A stretch of DNA of 64,000 bases from Verrucomicrobiota bacterium (lineage in GTDB: Bacteria; Verrucomicrobiota; Verrucomicrobiia; Limisphaerales; JADJPG01): contig JBJOEZ010000023.1 in assembly GCA_046048995.1 (NCBI GenBank), forward strand, positions 475 to 64,474. The letters run 5' to 3'. Below are positions 26,882 to 36,623 of this stretch, piece after piece (position 1 is the stretch's first letter; every line of letters begins with the position of its first letter). Position numbers and translations under genes: made by a program. Under the pieces are notes generated by a model. It saw only the letters and a program-made list of their open reading frames with translations, did not search any database and was not told the DNA's origin.

Positions 26882-28204
26882 TCAGGCAGCCCGGCGCAAC
26901 TCCACGATCTCGTGCCAGGCCAGCCGGCGCGGGCCCAACTGCGGCTCGCGCAGCCGCACGCCGGCGCCATCAAAGACCAGGTCCTGGGCCAGCCATGTCG
27001 AGCCGTCCAGCGTCCGCACCTCATAGGCCCGGGGCGCCAGCAGCGCGCGCCGAGCCAGCAGGACCGCGATCACCTCGCGGTTGATGTCGTAACGCCGCAC
27101 GCCCAGCGGCACCGAGTGCACCGTGACCCGCCCCTGCTCGATGCCCTGGCAGTCGCCCTCGATGAACTCGCCGCCGGCCAGCAACACGCCCGGCCGCCCG
27201 GCCGCCAAGCGCGGGGCCAGCCGCCCCGGCACCGCCTGGAAGCGAATGAGGGCCACCCGCGCCTTGGAGACCGGCAACCGCCCCGGACCCGCAAACCGCA
27301 GCGCCGTCTCGTCGAGCCCCGCGATGTAGCCGGTCTGCGTGGAGCCGCTCCGCATCTCCACCTCGGGCACAAAGAAACGGTTCCGGACGGATGGGGCCTC
27401 CTCGACATACTCAAAGGAAGCCTGTCCGGAAATACCCCCGCGCCCCCCGGCCACGGCCACTCCCACCAACAAATCGGCCGGCCAATCCACCGTCATCCGC
27501 CCCGCCGACGACCACGTCCGCCCGTCCCGCGAAAGCCACGCCAGCACCGTTTCACCCTCGCGCCGGAGCCGCATCCAGCAGGGCGGCCATGCCGCCGGGA
27601 ACAGCTGCACCCGGCTGTCACCCCCCGCCTGCTCCCGGGCCACCAGCAGACCGCCCCGTCCGACGCTGAGCGAGAGGAAGACGTGCCGCGCATCCGCCGC
27701 CAGCCCCTCCCGGAGCATCAGGCCCGCCCCGGCCCAGGGATCGCTGCACTGCACGCGCGCCAAGCGGGCCACCACCTCGGTGTCCCCGGAAACCGCCTTG
27801 TAGGCAAAGTGAAAGGAATCGGCCCGCCCCAACACATTGGTGCCGTGGCTTCGCAGCCTCATCATGGACCCCGCCGACTCCGCCATGCCGGGCTGCGGCA
27901 TGTGCCCAATGTCCCCGTGAGCCCAGTAGGGAGGCAGGCTCCCGGGCCGCGGGAGCCCGGCCGGGGGCAACTCCGCCTCCGGCTCCGGATCGAAACCCAC
28001 GACGTCCAACTCGGTCAACGGCACCCGGGCATGCAGGCTGCGGACGGCGCTGATGACCACCACGGCGTTGGATTCAAAGCGAAGATGTCCCTCCAAAACC
28101 ACGCCTGCGCGCGACCGCACATACCCCAGCCGGGCCTGCGCGGCGGTCGCGCCCAGCAGCACCAACCACAAGATCAGAAACCCTCTGGAAAACAGGCTGG
28201 CCAT
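26882..28204 (-). CDS. secreted hypothetical protein with concanavalin-A-like/DUF1349-like central domain (tentative)
   Basis: Signal peptide MASLFSRGFLILWLVLLGATAAQA. The central FHFAYKAVSGDTEVVARLARVQCSDPWAGAGLMLREGL...RREGETVLAWLSRDGRTW pattern is typical of LamG/ConA-like beta-sandwich modules. ATG 28204 is preferred over GTG 28207. Confidence 0.65.
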   Translation of the reverse strand: MASLFSRGFLILWLVLLGATAAQARLGYVRSRAGVVLEGHLRFESNAVVVISAVRSLHARVPLTELDVVGFDPEPEAELPPAGLPRPGSLPPYWAHGDIGHMPQPGMAESAGSMMRLRSHGTNVLGRADSFHFAYKAVSGDTEVVARLARVQCSDPWAGAGLMLREGLAADARHVFLSLSVGRGGLLVAREQAGGDSRVQLFPAAWPPCWMRLRREGETVLAWLSRDGRTWSSAGRMTVDWPADLLVGVAVAGGRGGISGQASFEYVEEAPSVRNRFFVPEVEMRSGSTQTGYIAGLDETALRFAGPGRLPVSKARVALIRFQAVPGRLAPRLAAGRPGVLLAGGEFIEGDCQGIEQGRVTVHSVPLGVRRYDINREVIAVLLARRALLAPRAYEVRTLDGSTWLAQDLVFDGAGVRLREPQLGPRRLAWHEIVELRRAA

Positions 28205-28270
28205 CACGTGAGGCGAACTCCTTCCGGCAGACCCATGTCCCCCTGGCCGGCCGCAGGACGGCCGGTGCCC

Positions 28271-28936
28271 TCAACGGCCGGGCAGTTTGGAGCGCGTCTG
28301 GCCCGCCACCTCGCGAACCAACTCCTCGGGCGCCGTCTGCAGGCCGCTGCGGGGGGAAAAATACATCGCCGGGGGCGCCTTCAGGCTGTGCGCGACGGGT
28401 TCCGCCTCGCCCGGGGCATGGACGAAGATCGCCTTGCCGTCGAGCAGGACAAAGTACCCGCGGGCATCGATGCGGAACTGGCCGTCGGCCACGGCACCAA
28501 TGCCGGCAGGAGTGGCGACCTGGAAGCGGGAGCCGAGGGATTGGGGCATGACGCGCCCGAGCAGTTCGCCGGATTTGAGGGCCAGCTTCACCTCGAAGCT
28601 CCCGCTGGCGGGATCCTTGAGGACGGCCTCCTCGATGACGAGCGTGGAAAGTTCGGTCACGCGGACGGTCCCGGCCTGGTCACCGAGGTAAAGGTCCACG
28701 GCGGCGCCGCGTTCGGTCTGGATGGTATCCCCGACTGCCACGGGGCTGCCCGCCTTGAGGGGCAGGGCCGGGCCACCGGGCCGGGAGATGCGGACCCGGC
28801 CAAGGAGTCCGCGCACCTCGGGGCGGATGGGTTCCGGGGCGGCCAAGGCGGCAAGGCCGGAGACGGCGAGGGCCACGAGCGCGGCCAGGAAGCGGGAGGC
28901 CGTCCTGTCGGAACGGGGTTGGAGGGGGGGGCGCAT
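28271..28936 (-). CDS. FecR-domain-like secreted protein
   Basis: Signal-like FLAALVALAVSGLAALAA. GRVRISRPGGPALPLKAGSPVAVGDTIQTERGAAVDLYLGD..TVRV matches the FecR-domain pattern (G.V.v...g..l..Gd.i.T...a.a.l.f.d). Confidence 0.6.
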   Translation of the reverse strand: MRPPLQPRSDRTASRFLAALVALAVSGLAALAAPEPIRPEVRGLLGRVRISRPGGPALPLKAGSPVAVGDTIQTERGAAVDLYLGDQAGTVRVTELSTLVIEEAVLKDPASGSFEVKLALKSGELLGRVMPQSLGSRFQVATPAGIGAVADGQFRIDARGYFVLLDGKAIFVHAPGEAEPVAHSLKAPPAMYFSPRSGLQTAPEELVREVAGQTRSKLPGR

Positions 28937-29006
28937 GGAGGAATTATGCGGCAGGCCGGGCCGTCATTTCAATCCTGCCTTTTCCATCCTGCCAAGGCGG
29001 GGGCTT

Positions 29007-30965
29007 TCAGGAGGCGGCGGGGGCGGGGGAGTCGGGGGGTGGGGTGCGGAAGCTGCGCCAGCGGGCGAGGGGGATGAGGCCGAGGCCGATGACAAGGAGC
29101 TGGGAGGCGACGAAGATGCGCAGCCACTGGAAGCCCTCGGAGGTGAAGCCGTAGGCATGGAGGCCGATGCCGAGCAGGTTGGTGCCGAACCAGGACCAGG
29201 CGGTGACAATGTTGCCGACGATGGTGAGCAGCATGAGGCCGCGGTCGCGGACGAGGCCGCCCCAGCGGGCGTGGAGGATGAGGGCGTTCCAGAGCACGAT
29301 GAGGAGGGCGCCGTTTTCCTTGGGGTCCCAGCCCCAGAAGCGGCCCCAGGACTGGTCGGCCCAGATGCCACCGAGGATGGTGCCGACAAAGCTGAACAGG
29401 GTGGCGAAGCAGACGATGCCGTAGACCATCTTGGCGACGGCCTTGCCCATCTCGAGGCCGCGGCCGACCGGGCGCTGGAGCTGGGGGGTGAGGAGGCCGA
29501 TGGCGACGTAGGCGATGGCGAGCAGGCCGGCGGCGAAGGTGGCGGAGTAGCCGAGCGTGATGATGACCACGTGGGTGGCCAGCCAGAAGTTGGTGTCGAG
29601 CACGGCCTGCAGCATGGCCATGGTGTCGGTGCCACCCTTGGCGAGGTTGTGGGCGATGAGGAGGGTGATGAACCCGCAGACGGAGGCCATGGCGCTGCCG
29701 AGGCCGACCCGGAAAAACCATTCCAGGACGATGCCGAGGAGGAGGGCGCCCCAGCCGATGAAGATGGCGGACGAATAGAGATTGGTCACCGGGGGGCGTC
29801 CTTCCAGGACCATGCGGAAGATGAGCCCGAAGGTGTGGACGGCCCCGGCCAGCAGGATGAGGTAGAAGGAAGAGCGCCGGAGCGACTCGGAGAGGCCGGG
29901 GGCGATGCCGCCGGTGAGGAGGGCGCTGCAGGCGAGGACGAAGGCGGCGATGTAAATGATGGTGGCGTGGAGGAAGGGCTTCACGCGGTTGAAGTAAAAC
30001 TCGGCCCGTCCCTTGTTCACGACGGTCTGTGGCACGGTGGAGAGCAGGGTGGACCGGTAATGGCTCACGGCCTGGTTGAACCCGTTGGTGTCCCCGCGCC
30101 GGTAGGCCACGCCCATGGTGGCGTAGGCCAGCAAGGCCGGGGCGATCTCGCCCGATCGGGCCGATTCCATGAGGCTGGCGCCCACGTTTTGCCAGTCGTC
30201 CGCGTTTCGCGCGGGGTCGGTCGGCGGCACCACCAGCGGATAGGCAAAGCGCGACAGCATCTCAAACCGCGACAGGGGGGCAATCAGGCGCTCGAGCGCG
30301 TTGGTGTCGTAGGCGCCGCCCTGCCGGCTGGCATGGGCGGCCGCCATGCCCGGACCCACCGCCTTCCGGAACTCCTCCAGGTCGGCCACGAAATTGGTGC
30401 TGGCCTCCGGCTGCAGGCTGTTCTTCAGCCGCTGGTAGAGCATGAGCGCATTGGCCAGCTTGACCGTCTGCCGTTGCAGCGGCGTCTGCTGCTCGGCCTT
30501 GACCTGCCGGGCCGCCTCCCCCTGCTCCCCAATCCGCCGCACCTGCTCGCGCAGCTCATTGAACGTGAAATAAAACAGGCCCGACTTCTCCAGTCCCTTC
30601 CCCACCAGGCGCAGTTCCGTCAGCAGGTCGGGATGATGAATGAGGAAGATGGGCCGCGTGTCGGCCAGTTCCGGATGAAAGAACACCTCCAGCAGCCATT
30701 CGCTGGACCGGAGCTTGCGCCCGTGGCTCCAGAACTGCCACGAGGGCTTGATCTCCAGCGGCGCGTCGCTCGAGCTGCGGATCTGCAGCAGCGCATTGCG
30801 CGCCACCGAGTCCAGCGGCTGGATGCGCCCGTCCAGCAGCACCGGCAGGCGCCCGAACTCGGCCGCGTGCAGGCCGCGGTTGGCCTTCGGCAGCAGGACC
30901 ATGATGACCTCGGTGGCGAAGAGGGCCAGGAGGACCCAGGGGATGAGGCGGTGGATCGATTTCAT
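29007..30965 (-). CDS. ccsA: cytochrome c biogenesis protein CcsA (system II heme exporter/lyase subunit), long form
   Basis: Multi-TM 652-aa protein with the tryptophan-rich WWD motif WGRFWGWDPKENGALL and downstream conserved His residues. Confidence 0.85.
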   Translation of the reverse strand: MKSIHRLIPWVLLALFATEVIMVLLPKANRGLHAAEFGRLPVLLDGRIQPLDSVARNALLQIRSSSDAPLEIKPSWQFWSHGRKLRSSEWLLEVFFHPELADTRPIFLIHHPDLLTELRLVGKGLEKSGLFYFTFNELREQVRRIGEQGEAARQVKAEQQTPLQRQTVKLANALMLYQRLKNSLQPEASTNFVADLEEFRKAVGPGMAAAHASRQGGAYDTNALERLIAPLSRFEMLSRFAYPLVVPPTDPARNADDWQNVGASLMESARSGEIAPALLAYATMGVAYRRGDTNGFNQAVSHYRSTLLSTVPQTVVNKGRAEFYFNRVKPFLHATIIYIAAFVLACSALLTGGIAPGLSESLRRSSFYLILLAGAVHTFGLIFRMVLEGRPPVTNLYSSAIFIGWGALLLGIVLEWFFRVGLGSAMASVCGFITLLIAHNLAKGGTDTMAMLQAVLDTNFWLATHVVIITLGYSATFAAGLLAIAYVAIGLLTPQLQRPVGRGLEMGKAVAKMVYGIVCFATLFSFVGTILGGIWADQSWGRFWGWDPKENGALLIVLWNALILHARWGGLVRDRGLMLLTIVGNIVTAWSWFGTNLLGIGLHAYGFTSEGFQWLRIFVASQLLVIGLGLIPLARWRSFRTPPPDSPAPAAS

Positions 30966-31017
30966 GGTGGAGAGGGTGCGGGCCGCGGACGGCCCCGGTC
31001 CGGTTCAGCGGTTCAGG

Positions 31018-32247
31018 TCAGGCAGCCACGCGTTTCCAGGCAAAGCCGACGAGGTGCATGAGAAACTGGACCATCAGGCCGAGCGTCATCACGCCGCAGG
31101 CCAGGTAGGGCGTCAGCCAGCCGGGGTTCCGGACCACCTGCAGGATGGTCACCTTGTTGACCAGCTCATCATTCCGGGGGTCGAAGCTGGACTGGTAAAA
31201 CGTATAGCCGCCGTAGCGCAGGGGGTTGTTCATGTAGATGTCCACCTCGCGCCGCTCGCGCGTGGACGGCTGGTCGACGATCACCCGGCTCCGGAAATCC
31301 TTGGGCGTCTGGGTGCCGCGGTATTTCTCATGGCGGAACTCGAGGAGGCGCAGGGAGAAGTCCTTGTAATAGCGGGTGAAGCGCAGCGCGATGGAGAAGG
31401 GCTTGCCGTTGACGGTGAACTCCTGGCGCGCGCCGGAGAGCGTGCTGACCAGCCAGGTGCCAAGCGAGCCCTGGGGCCCGATCACCTCCACCACCGCGCT
31501 GGGGGTGTTGCGCTCGTCCATGGCCGTGACCGGGGCCAGCGGCTGGACGTGCAGCCCGGGGCCAATGCCCCGGGTGGCCCGCACCGGCACGGCATTGCTG
31601 GCCGGGCCCTCATACACCATGGCGTTCCGCCAGTATTCCACCACGCGCAGGGTGACCGGCAGCTCCGGGGGGCGGAGCTCGCGCCCGGCCGCCAGCCGGG
31701 CCTCCGGGATGGACACCACCCGGTCATTGACCGGGTCCGACTCATCAATGAGGACCAGCTCGTTGTCCCGGAAATCCTGGGAATAATTCAGGGTGTCCCC
31801 CTCGGCCAGGCGCATGGCGCTCTCCGTCGCCAGCAGGTCGGTCAGGAGCTGCCCCAGCAGGAGCAGGATCAGCCCCAGGTGCGTGAGCCAGATGCCCAGC
31901 TTCTTCCAGGTGAACTTGAACCGCGTGAAATGGCCCGCAACGAGGCTGGCCAGGAGCAGCGTCCCCAGCAGGTAACCGCCCGGGAACACCGGCACCCGCG
32001 GCCCATGCACCACCTCGGCGGCCGGCACCGGGGGCAGATGGATGCTCACCATCTGCAGGGTCTTGACCAGCGCCGCCTTCATGGCCAGCCAGTCGATGAA
32101 GAACGAGTGGAAGAACCGCTTCTGCGACAGGTAAAGCCCGAGCGGCTCCTGGGCCACCGTGCCCAGGAAAACCACCACCAGGCTCAGGGCCAGCAGGACC
32201 ACCGTCAGCCGCAGCGAGGCGAGGAATTGCAGGAGGGTTTTAGCCAT
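31018..32247 (-). CDS. resB: cytochrome c biogenesis protein ResB/Ccs1
   Basis: The N-terminus LLQFLASLRLTVVLLALSLVVVFLGTVAQ is typical of ResB. Large periplasmic loop with a C-terminal TM; sits immediately upstream of ccsA. Start trimmed to ATG 32247 (MAKTLLQFL), an 8-bp overlap with the upstream gene. Confidence 0.8.
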   Translation of the reverse strand: MAKTLLQFLASLRLTVVLLALSLVVVFLGTVAQEPLGLYLSQKRFFHSFFIDWLAMKAALVKTLQMVSIHLPPVPAAEVVHGPRVPVFPGGYLLGTLLLASLVAGHFTRFKFTWKKLGIWLTHLGLILLLLGQLLTDLLATESAMRLAEGDTLNYSQDFRDNELVLIDESDPVNDRVVSIPEARLAAGRELRPPELPVTLRVVEYWRNAMVYEGPASNAVPVRATRGIGPGLHVQPLAPVTAMDERNTPSAVVEVIGPQGSLGTWLVSTLSGARQEFTVNGKPFSIALRFTRYYKDFSLRLLEFRHEKYRGTQTPKDFRSRVIVDQPSTRERREVDIYMNNPLRYGGYTFYQSSFDPRNDELVNKVTILQVVRNPGWLTPYLACGVMTLGLMVQFLMHLVGFAWKRVAA

Positions 32248-33331
32248 TGGGATACCTCGCGCTTTGGACAAATTTCAGGAACGCCTCGCGCTCGCGCGCG
32301 GCCAGGGGCGCAGGCCCCATCAGCTTGTAGAACCACGTCCGGCCGTCCCGGGACAGCACCGCCCCGATGATGCGCGCCGGTTGGCCGCTCATCGCGTTGG
32401 TCCCGCTCAGGTCCACCAGCGCCGCCTGCGCGCCCGCCACCTCCAGCCGGGTCACCAGCCGCGCCATCTCGCCCGCCGGGGTGGGGTCAAGGCCCAACTG
32501 CCCCTGCCAGCGGTTCACGTTGCCCTGCAACCCCCCGCCGTCGCCCTCCTCCACGCTCACGTTCACGTCGAGCACGGCCCCGGCCTCGCCGGTCACCCGG
32601 AACTTGGCCAGCAACATCTGCGGGTTCGGCACCTCCGCCCAACCCTCCGGCACGGTCCATTCCGGCCGCGGCACCTCCGGCCGCGCCGGCCCACGCTCGC
32701 CGCCGCCCCGCCCGGCCGACCGGGCCAGCACCTGCGCCTGCGCCGCCTTCCATGCCCCCAGGCCCTCCGGACGGAAGGATTCCAGGAAGGCCGTAAAGGC
32801 CGACCGCTGCGCCGTCACCAGCGCGTCCGTCCCCGTCATCTTCACAATCCACGTGCTGTTCTCGTGCTTCAACAGCGCCACCAGCACGCGCGCCACCCGG
32901 CCGCCTTCCAAGACCGGTTCCGTGCTGACCATCTCAAAGAACTCCCCGCTGGCCGAGCCCATGGTCACCTTGCGGGCCTGCGCCGCCACCTCGGATTCCC
33001 CCAGGGCCGGCAGGCGGATTTGTTCCCGCCAGATGTTCACGATGTCCGCAGTCCCCGCGCTCAGGTTGAGGGAAATCACAGCCACATCCGCCGACGCCCC
33101 CTCCGCGCCCCGGACCGCAAACCGCGCGAGGCGCATGCCGTCGCCGGCCACCGCCTCCCACCCGCTGGGGGCCGTCCAGGGAACCTCCGCCGGGCGTTCC
33201 TTGGGCACGGTGTAGACCCGGATTTCCTGGGGACCGCATCCGGTCAGGAGAAAGGCAGCCATCGCCACCCAGGGACCCAGCCCCAGGGAGAGCAGCGCGG
33301 CCGGCCGGCGCAGCGACACGAAAGTCATCAT
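32240..33331 (-). CDS. lipoprotein with internally duplicated domain, unknown function
   Basis: Start trimmed to ATG 33331: MMTFVSLRRPAALLSLGLGPWVAMAAFLLTGC (lipobox). Two homologous halves: PAEVPWTAPSGWEAVAGDGMRLARFAVRG..ADIVNIWREQIRLP and PEVPRPEWTVPEGWAEVPNPQMLLAKFRVTG..QGNVNRWQGQLGL. Confidence 0.7.
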   Translation of the reverse strand: MMTFVSLRRPAALLSLGLGPWVAMAAFLLTGCGPQEIRVYTVPKERPAEVPWTAPSGWEAVAGDGMRLARFAVRGAEGASADVAVISLNLSAGTADIVNIWREQIRLPALGESEVAAQARKVTMGSASGEFFEMVSTEPVLEGGRVARVLVALLKHENSTWIVKMTGTDALVTAQRSAFTAFLESFRPEGLGAWKAAQAQVLARSAGRGGGERGPARPEVPRPEWTVPEGWAEVPNPQMLLAKFRVTGEAGAVLDVNVSVEEGDGGGLQGNVNRWQGQLGLDPTPAGEMARLVTRLEVAGAQAALVDLSGTNAMSGQPARIIGAVLSRDGRTWFYKLMGPAPLAAREREAFLKFVQSARYPNG

Positions 33332-33556
33332 GCAGTGTTTAGCGGGCCCGGCAGGCCGGTGCAAGCGGTTTGCCGGGCGGCCTTCGACCTGAGCCTCAAG
33401 GGTTTTCTTCAACCGGAATGCCACGCACCGGGTTCGCCCATCCCCCACCACACCCACCCCGATTTAGGCCGGAGCCCCCGCCGCCCGATGTTTTCCAGAA
33501 GGACAGACCCGGCCGTCTGCGGCCGGGGGGCTGTCCGTGCCCGGTCCCGATCCATC

Positions 33557-36370
33557 ATGCAACGCCTGCTGTTCCTGGCCCTGCTGGCCTCCGTCCCCCT
33601 CGCGGCGGCGGAGCCGCAGACCCAGCAGACCCTCCTGCCGGCCCGTTCGGCAGGACGGGTCCTGGTGACAGGTGCGGCCGGCCTTACCGCCCCTTGGTGG
33701 CGGGCGGACTTTGACGACAGCGCCTGGCTGGCGGTCGTCACCCCGGTCGGCTTTGACCTGGCCCCCCCGCCGGTGGGAATCGCCACCGCCGTGGCGGATT
33801 CGGTGGCCGGGTTTTCAGGCGTCCAAGGCAGCAACGGCTGGTCCTACGGGTTTTATGCCCGGGGCGCGGACACCGTGCCCGGCTATGACCCGGGGGCGGA
33901 CTTCGTGATGGTCGCCCCGGATTTTGGCTTCCTGGACGGCGCCTGGCGGCGGGGGGCGGGGGGGCGGTTGGAGGCGGACCCGCCCTGGGATCTGATTGGT
34001 CCGCGCGACCTGCATTCCAACACGACGGGCGGGGAGCGCTGGGTGATTCGGCGCTTCACCACTCCCGGCGGCGGACGGGTGCGGTTGGCTGGCGTGGTGG
34101 GCAACGTCAGCGGACTGGGCGGTGCCACCGCACGGGTATTCGTGGATGGCACCCCGTTGGCCGCGTTCCCCGCCGGGGCTCAGAGTGCCGGGTATTCCCT
34201 GCTGGCCACGCTGCTGCCGGGGTCCCGGGTGGACTTGGCCCTCGATCCGAACGGGGCGGATGCCTCGGACCTCACCCGCTGGACGGCGGTCCTGCACCCG
34301 GCGGCCGACAGCGCAGATCTGGTGGGGGATTCACTCTCGCAGTTCAGCGGGTTGGCCGGGGCCGGGCCGTGGCAATATGGGATATACAACCGGACGCTCG
34401 ACACGGACGGGCGCTATGACCCCGCAACGGACTTCAACCGTGGCGCGCCCGGCTGGGCGTTTACCGGCGGTGAGTGGGCCCTTGGCCCGGATGACCCGCC
34501 GTGGACGGCGCTCGGACCGCAGCACGCGCATCCAAACGGGCTGAACGACGGCGAGGAACACTGGGCCATCCGCCGCTGGGTGAGCCCGCTGACGGGGCCC
34601 GTGACGGTGGATTGGCATTTTGCCAAGGATCTGCCCTACGGCGAAGGGGCCACCCTGCTTGTGCTGCACAACGGCGTGGTGGTCGACCAGGCCGTCGTGG
34701 CGGGGGACGACCGCCTCGGCAGCCTGCGCAGCGTGACCGTCCGGATGCGGATGGGCGATGCCCTCGATTTTGCCTGCACGCCGGTCGGGCCGGACGGCGA
34801 CACCGGCGACGGGGCGGACCGCTGCGTGTTCCGGGCGTTCCTGTATGCGCACGGGGTCCCGGCGGGGGCCGCCTGCACGCCGCTGGCCGACTCGGCGGCC
34901 GACTGGGGGACCAACGGCGTGCAGGGCCAGCGCGGGTGGTTCCAAGGTTATTACAACCGCGCCGCCGATGCCACGCCGGGCTACCAGGCCGGGGACTTCA
35001 TCGCGTTCCCGGCGGCGGGCGGCGCGTGGGGCTCCAACCATTTCTGGCGGGGCTACGATTGGGACTGGCACCCGGACCCGGCGCCCTCGGACAACCTGGG
35101 ACCGGTGGCGGCCAACCCCAACGGCACGAACAACGGCGCCGAGCACTGGGTGATCCGGCGCTGGGTGAGCCCGGTGGCGGGCCGGCTGCGGGCGCAATGG
35201 TTCACCCGCAAAAGCAATCCCTTTGGCTCCGGCGTGACCGGCAAGCTCTTCCACAATGGCGTCGAGGTGGACAGCGCGAGCATCGCCGGAAACGACACCC
35301 TGGGCGTGGAGCGCAACGTCGATCTGCCGGTGGTGGCCATCGGCGACGTCGTGGACCTGGCCCTCACGCCCACCGGCCCTGGCGGCCAGGCGGATGACCG
35401 CGGCGACCGCAGCCTGAACGGCCTGGCCATCGCCTCCTGCCAGACGGTGGCGGACGTGCTGGCCACCGACCTGGCCACGGCCAACCCCGCGGCACCCCCC
35501 GGCCCACGGGTGCTGCTGCGGCTCCCCTTCTCCATGGCCGACACCTCCCGCCTCGAAACCCTCATCCTGCGCCTGCGTTGGGATGACGGGGTCATCGTCT
35601 GGCTGAACGGCGTCGAGGTGGCGCGGCGCAATGCCGGGGGCGGGGAAACCGCCGGGGCCGGCGTGGCCTGCCGGACCTCCGCCCAAGCCCTCACCGCGGA
35701 GGGCATCGACCTCACGGCCATGCGCGGCCTGCTCGCCGTCGGCCCCAATCTCCTGGCCATCGAGGCCTGGAATTGCGCCAGCGACGACCCCGACCTCCTC
35801 GTCGCCCCCGAGCTCATCGCCACCTTCAACCAGGAACCCTCCGTGGCCGACGACCACCTTGCCGCCACCCGGGATGAGCCCCTGCTGCTCAGCGCGGAAC
35901 GGCTGCTGGCCAACGACCAGGACCCCGACGGGGACCCGCTTTCCCTCATTTCCGTGGACGCCCTCAGCCGGGCCGGCGGGACCATCACCCTCGATGCGGG
36001 GACCGCCACGGTGACTTACCTTCCCCCACGCGGCGGGGACGGGGCCGACTCCTTTGCTTACCGGGCCGTGGATGGACGGGGCGGGTCCGCCACCGGAACC
36101 GTCCACGTCCTCCTCGTGGCGGGCGCCGTGCCCGGCCCCAACCAACTGCTGCTGGAGGAAGTGGCGGGAGCGCTTCGCCTCCGCTTCAGTGGCGAGGCCG
36201 GGGTCCGCTACGAATTCCAGCGCTCCAGCGACCTGAAGGCCTGGATCCCCCTCGGCAACTGGCCGGCCCCGGCCCACGGGCTCATCGAGATGCAGGACAC
36301 CATCACCCAGGGCCCGGGGCCCGACGCGCCACCGGCCTTCTATCGGATGGTCCGCCTGCCCCAACCCTAG
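33557..36370 (+). CDS. large secreted protein (937 aa): three copies of an unassigned ~190-aa domain plus a cadherin-like C-terminal region
   Basis: ATG 33557 gives the signal MQRLLFLALLASVPLAAAEP. The track ORF's extra 466 N-terminal aa are Arg/Pro/His junk antisense to real genes. Motifs ERWVIRRFTTPGGG / EHWAIRRWVSPLTG / EHWVIRRWVSPVAG mark three repeats. DQDPDGDPLSLISVD...FAYRAVDGRG is cadherin/VCBS-like. Confidence 0.8.
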   Translation: MQRLLFLALLASVPLAAAEPQTQQTLLPARSAGRVLVTGAAGLTAPWWRADFDDSAWLAVVTPVGFDLAPPPVGIATAVADSVAGFSGVQGSNGWSYGFYARGADTVPGYDPGADFVMVAPDFGFLDGAWRRGAGGRLEADPPWDLIGPRDLHSNTTGGERWVIRRFTTPGGGRVRLAGVVGNVSGLGGATARVFVDGTPLAAFPAGAQSAGYSLLATLLPGSRVDLALDPNGADASDLTRWTAVLHPAADSADLVGDSLSQFSGLAGAGPWQYGIYNRTLDTDGRYDPATDFNRGAPGWAFTGGEWALGPDDPPWTALGPQHAHPNGLNDGEEHWAIRRWVSPLTGPVTVDWHFAKDLPYGEGATLLVLHNGVVVDQAVVAGDDRLGSLRSVTVRMRMGDALDFACTPVGPDGDTGDGADRCVFRAFLYAHGVPAGAACTPLADSAADWGTNGVQGQRGWFQGYYNRAADATPGYQAGDFIAFPAAGGAWGSNHFWRGYDWDWHPDPAPSDNLGPVAANPNGTNNGAEHWVIRRWVSPVAGRLRAQWFTRKSNPFGSGVTGKLFHNGVEVDSASIAGNDTLGVERNVDLPVVAIGDVVDLALTPTGPGGQADDRGDRSLNGLAIASCQTVADVLATDLATANPAAPPGPRVLLRLPFSMADTSRLETLILRLRWDDGVIVWLNGVEVARRNAGGGETAGAGVACRTSAQALTAEGIDLTAMRGLLAVGPNLLAIEAWNCASDDPDLLVAPELIATFNQEPSVADDHLAATRDEPLLLSAERLLANDQDPDGDPLSLISVDALSRAGGTITLDAGTATVTYLPPRGGDGADSFAYRAVDGRGGSATGTVHVLLVAGAVPGPNQLLLEEVAGALRLRFSGEAGVRYEFQRSSDLKAWIPLGNWPAPAHGLIEMQDTITQGPGPDAPPAFYRMVRLPQP

Positions 36371-36623
36371 TCCGCTGCACCATGCCGCCTCGGGAGCCCG
36401 GGCGGCGCCTCGCGGCTGCCTGCCTGCCCGCCTCCCCACGACAGGGACAAGGAGGGGAGGGCATGGAGATCCGGGACCCGGGGAGATCCACCGCAGGAAA
36501 GGGGCTAAAAGAGGACCGCCGACGCGGCCGGCCTGGGTCCGGGCTCGCGCCCGGGAGGCGGGGACGTCGGCGGTGCCTGGGGTCTTCCCCGGCGATGCGG
36601 GGCGGGGGAAAACCGAAACCGTA

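Noticed and set aside
32159-33556. N-terminal 466 codons of the 1403-aa ORF 32159..36370
   Set aside because: The Arg/Pro/His-rich sequence is antisense to the lipoprotein gene. A proper ATG with a signal peptide occurs at 33557.
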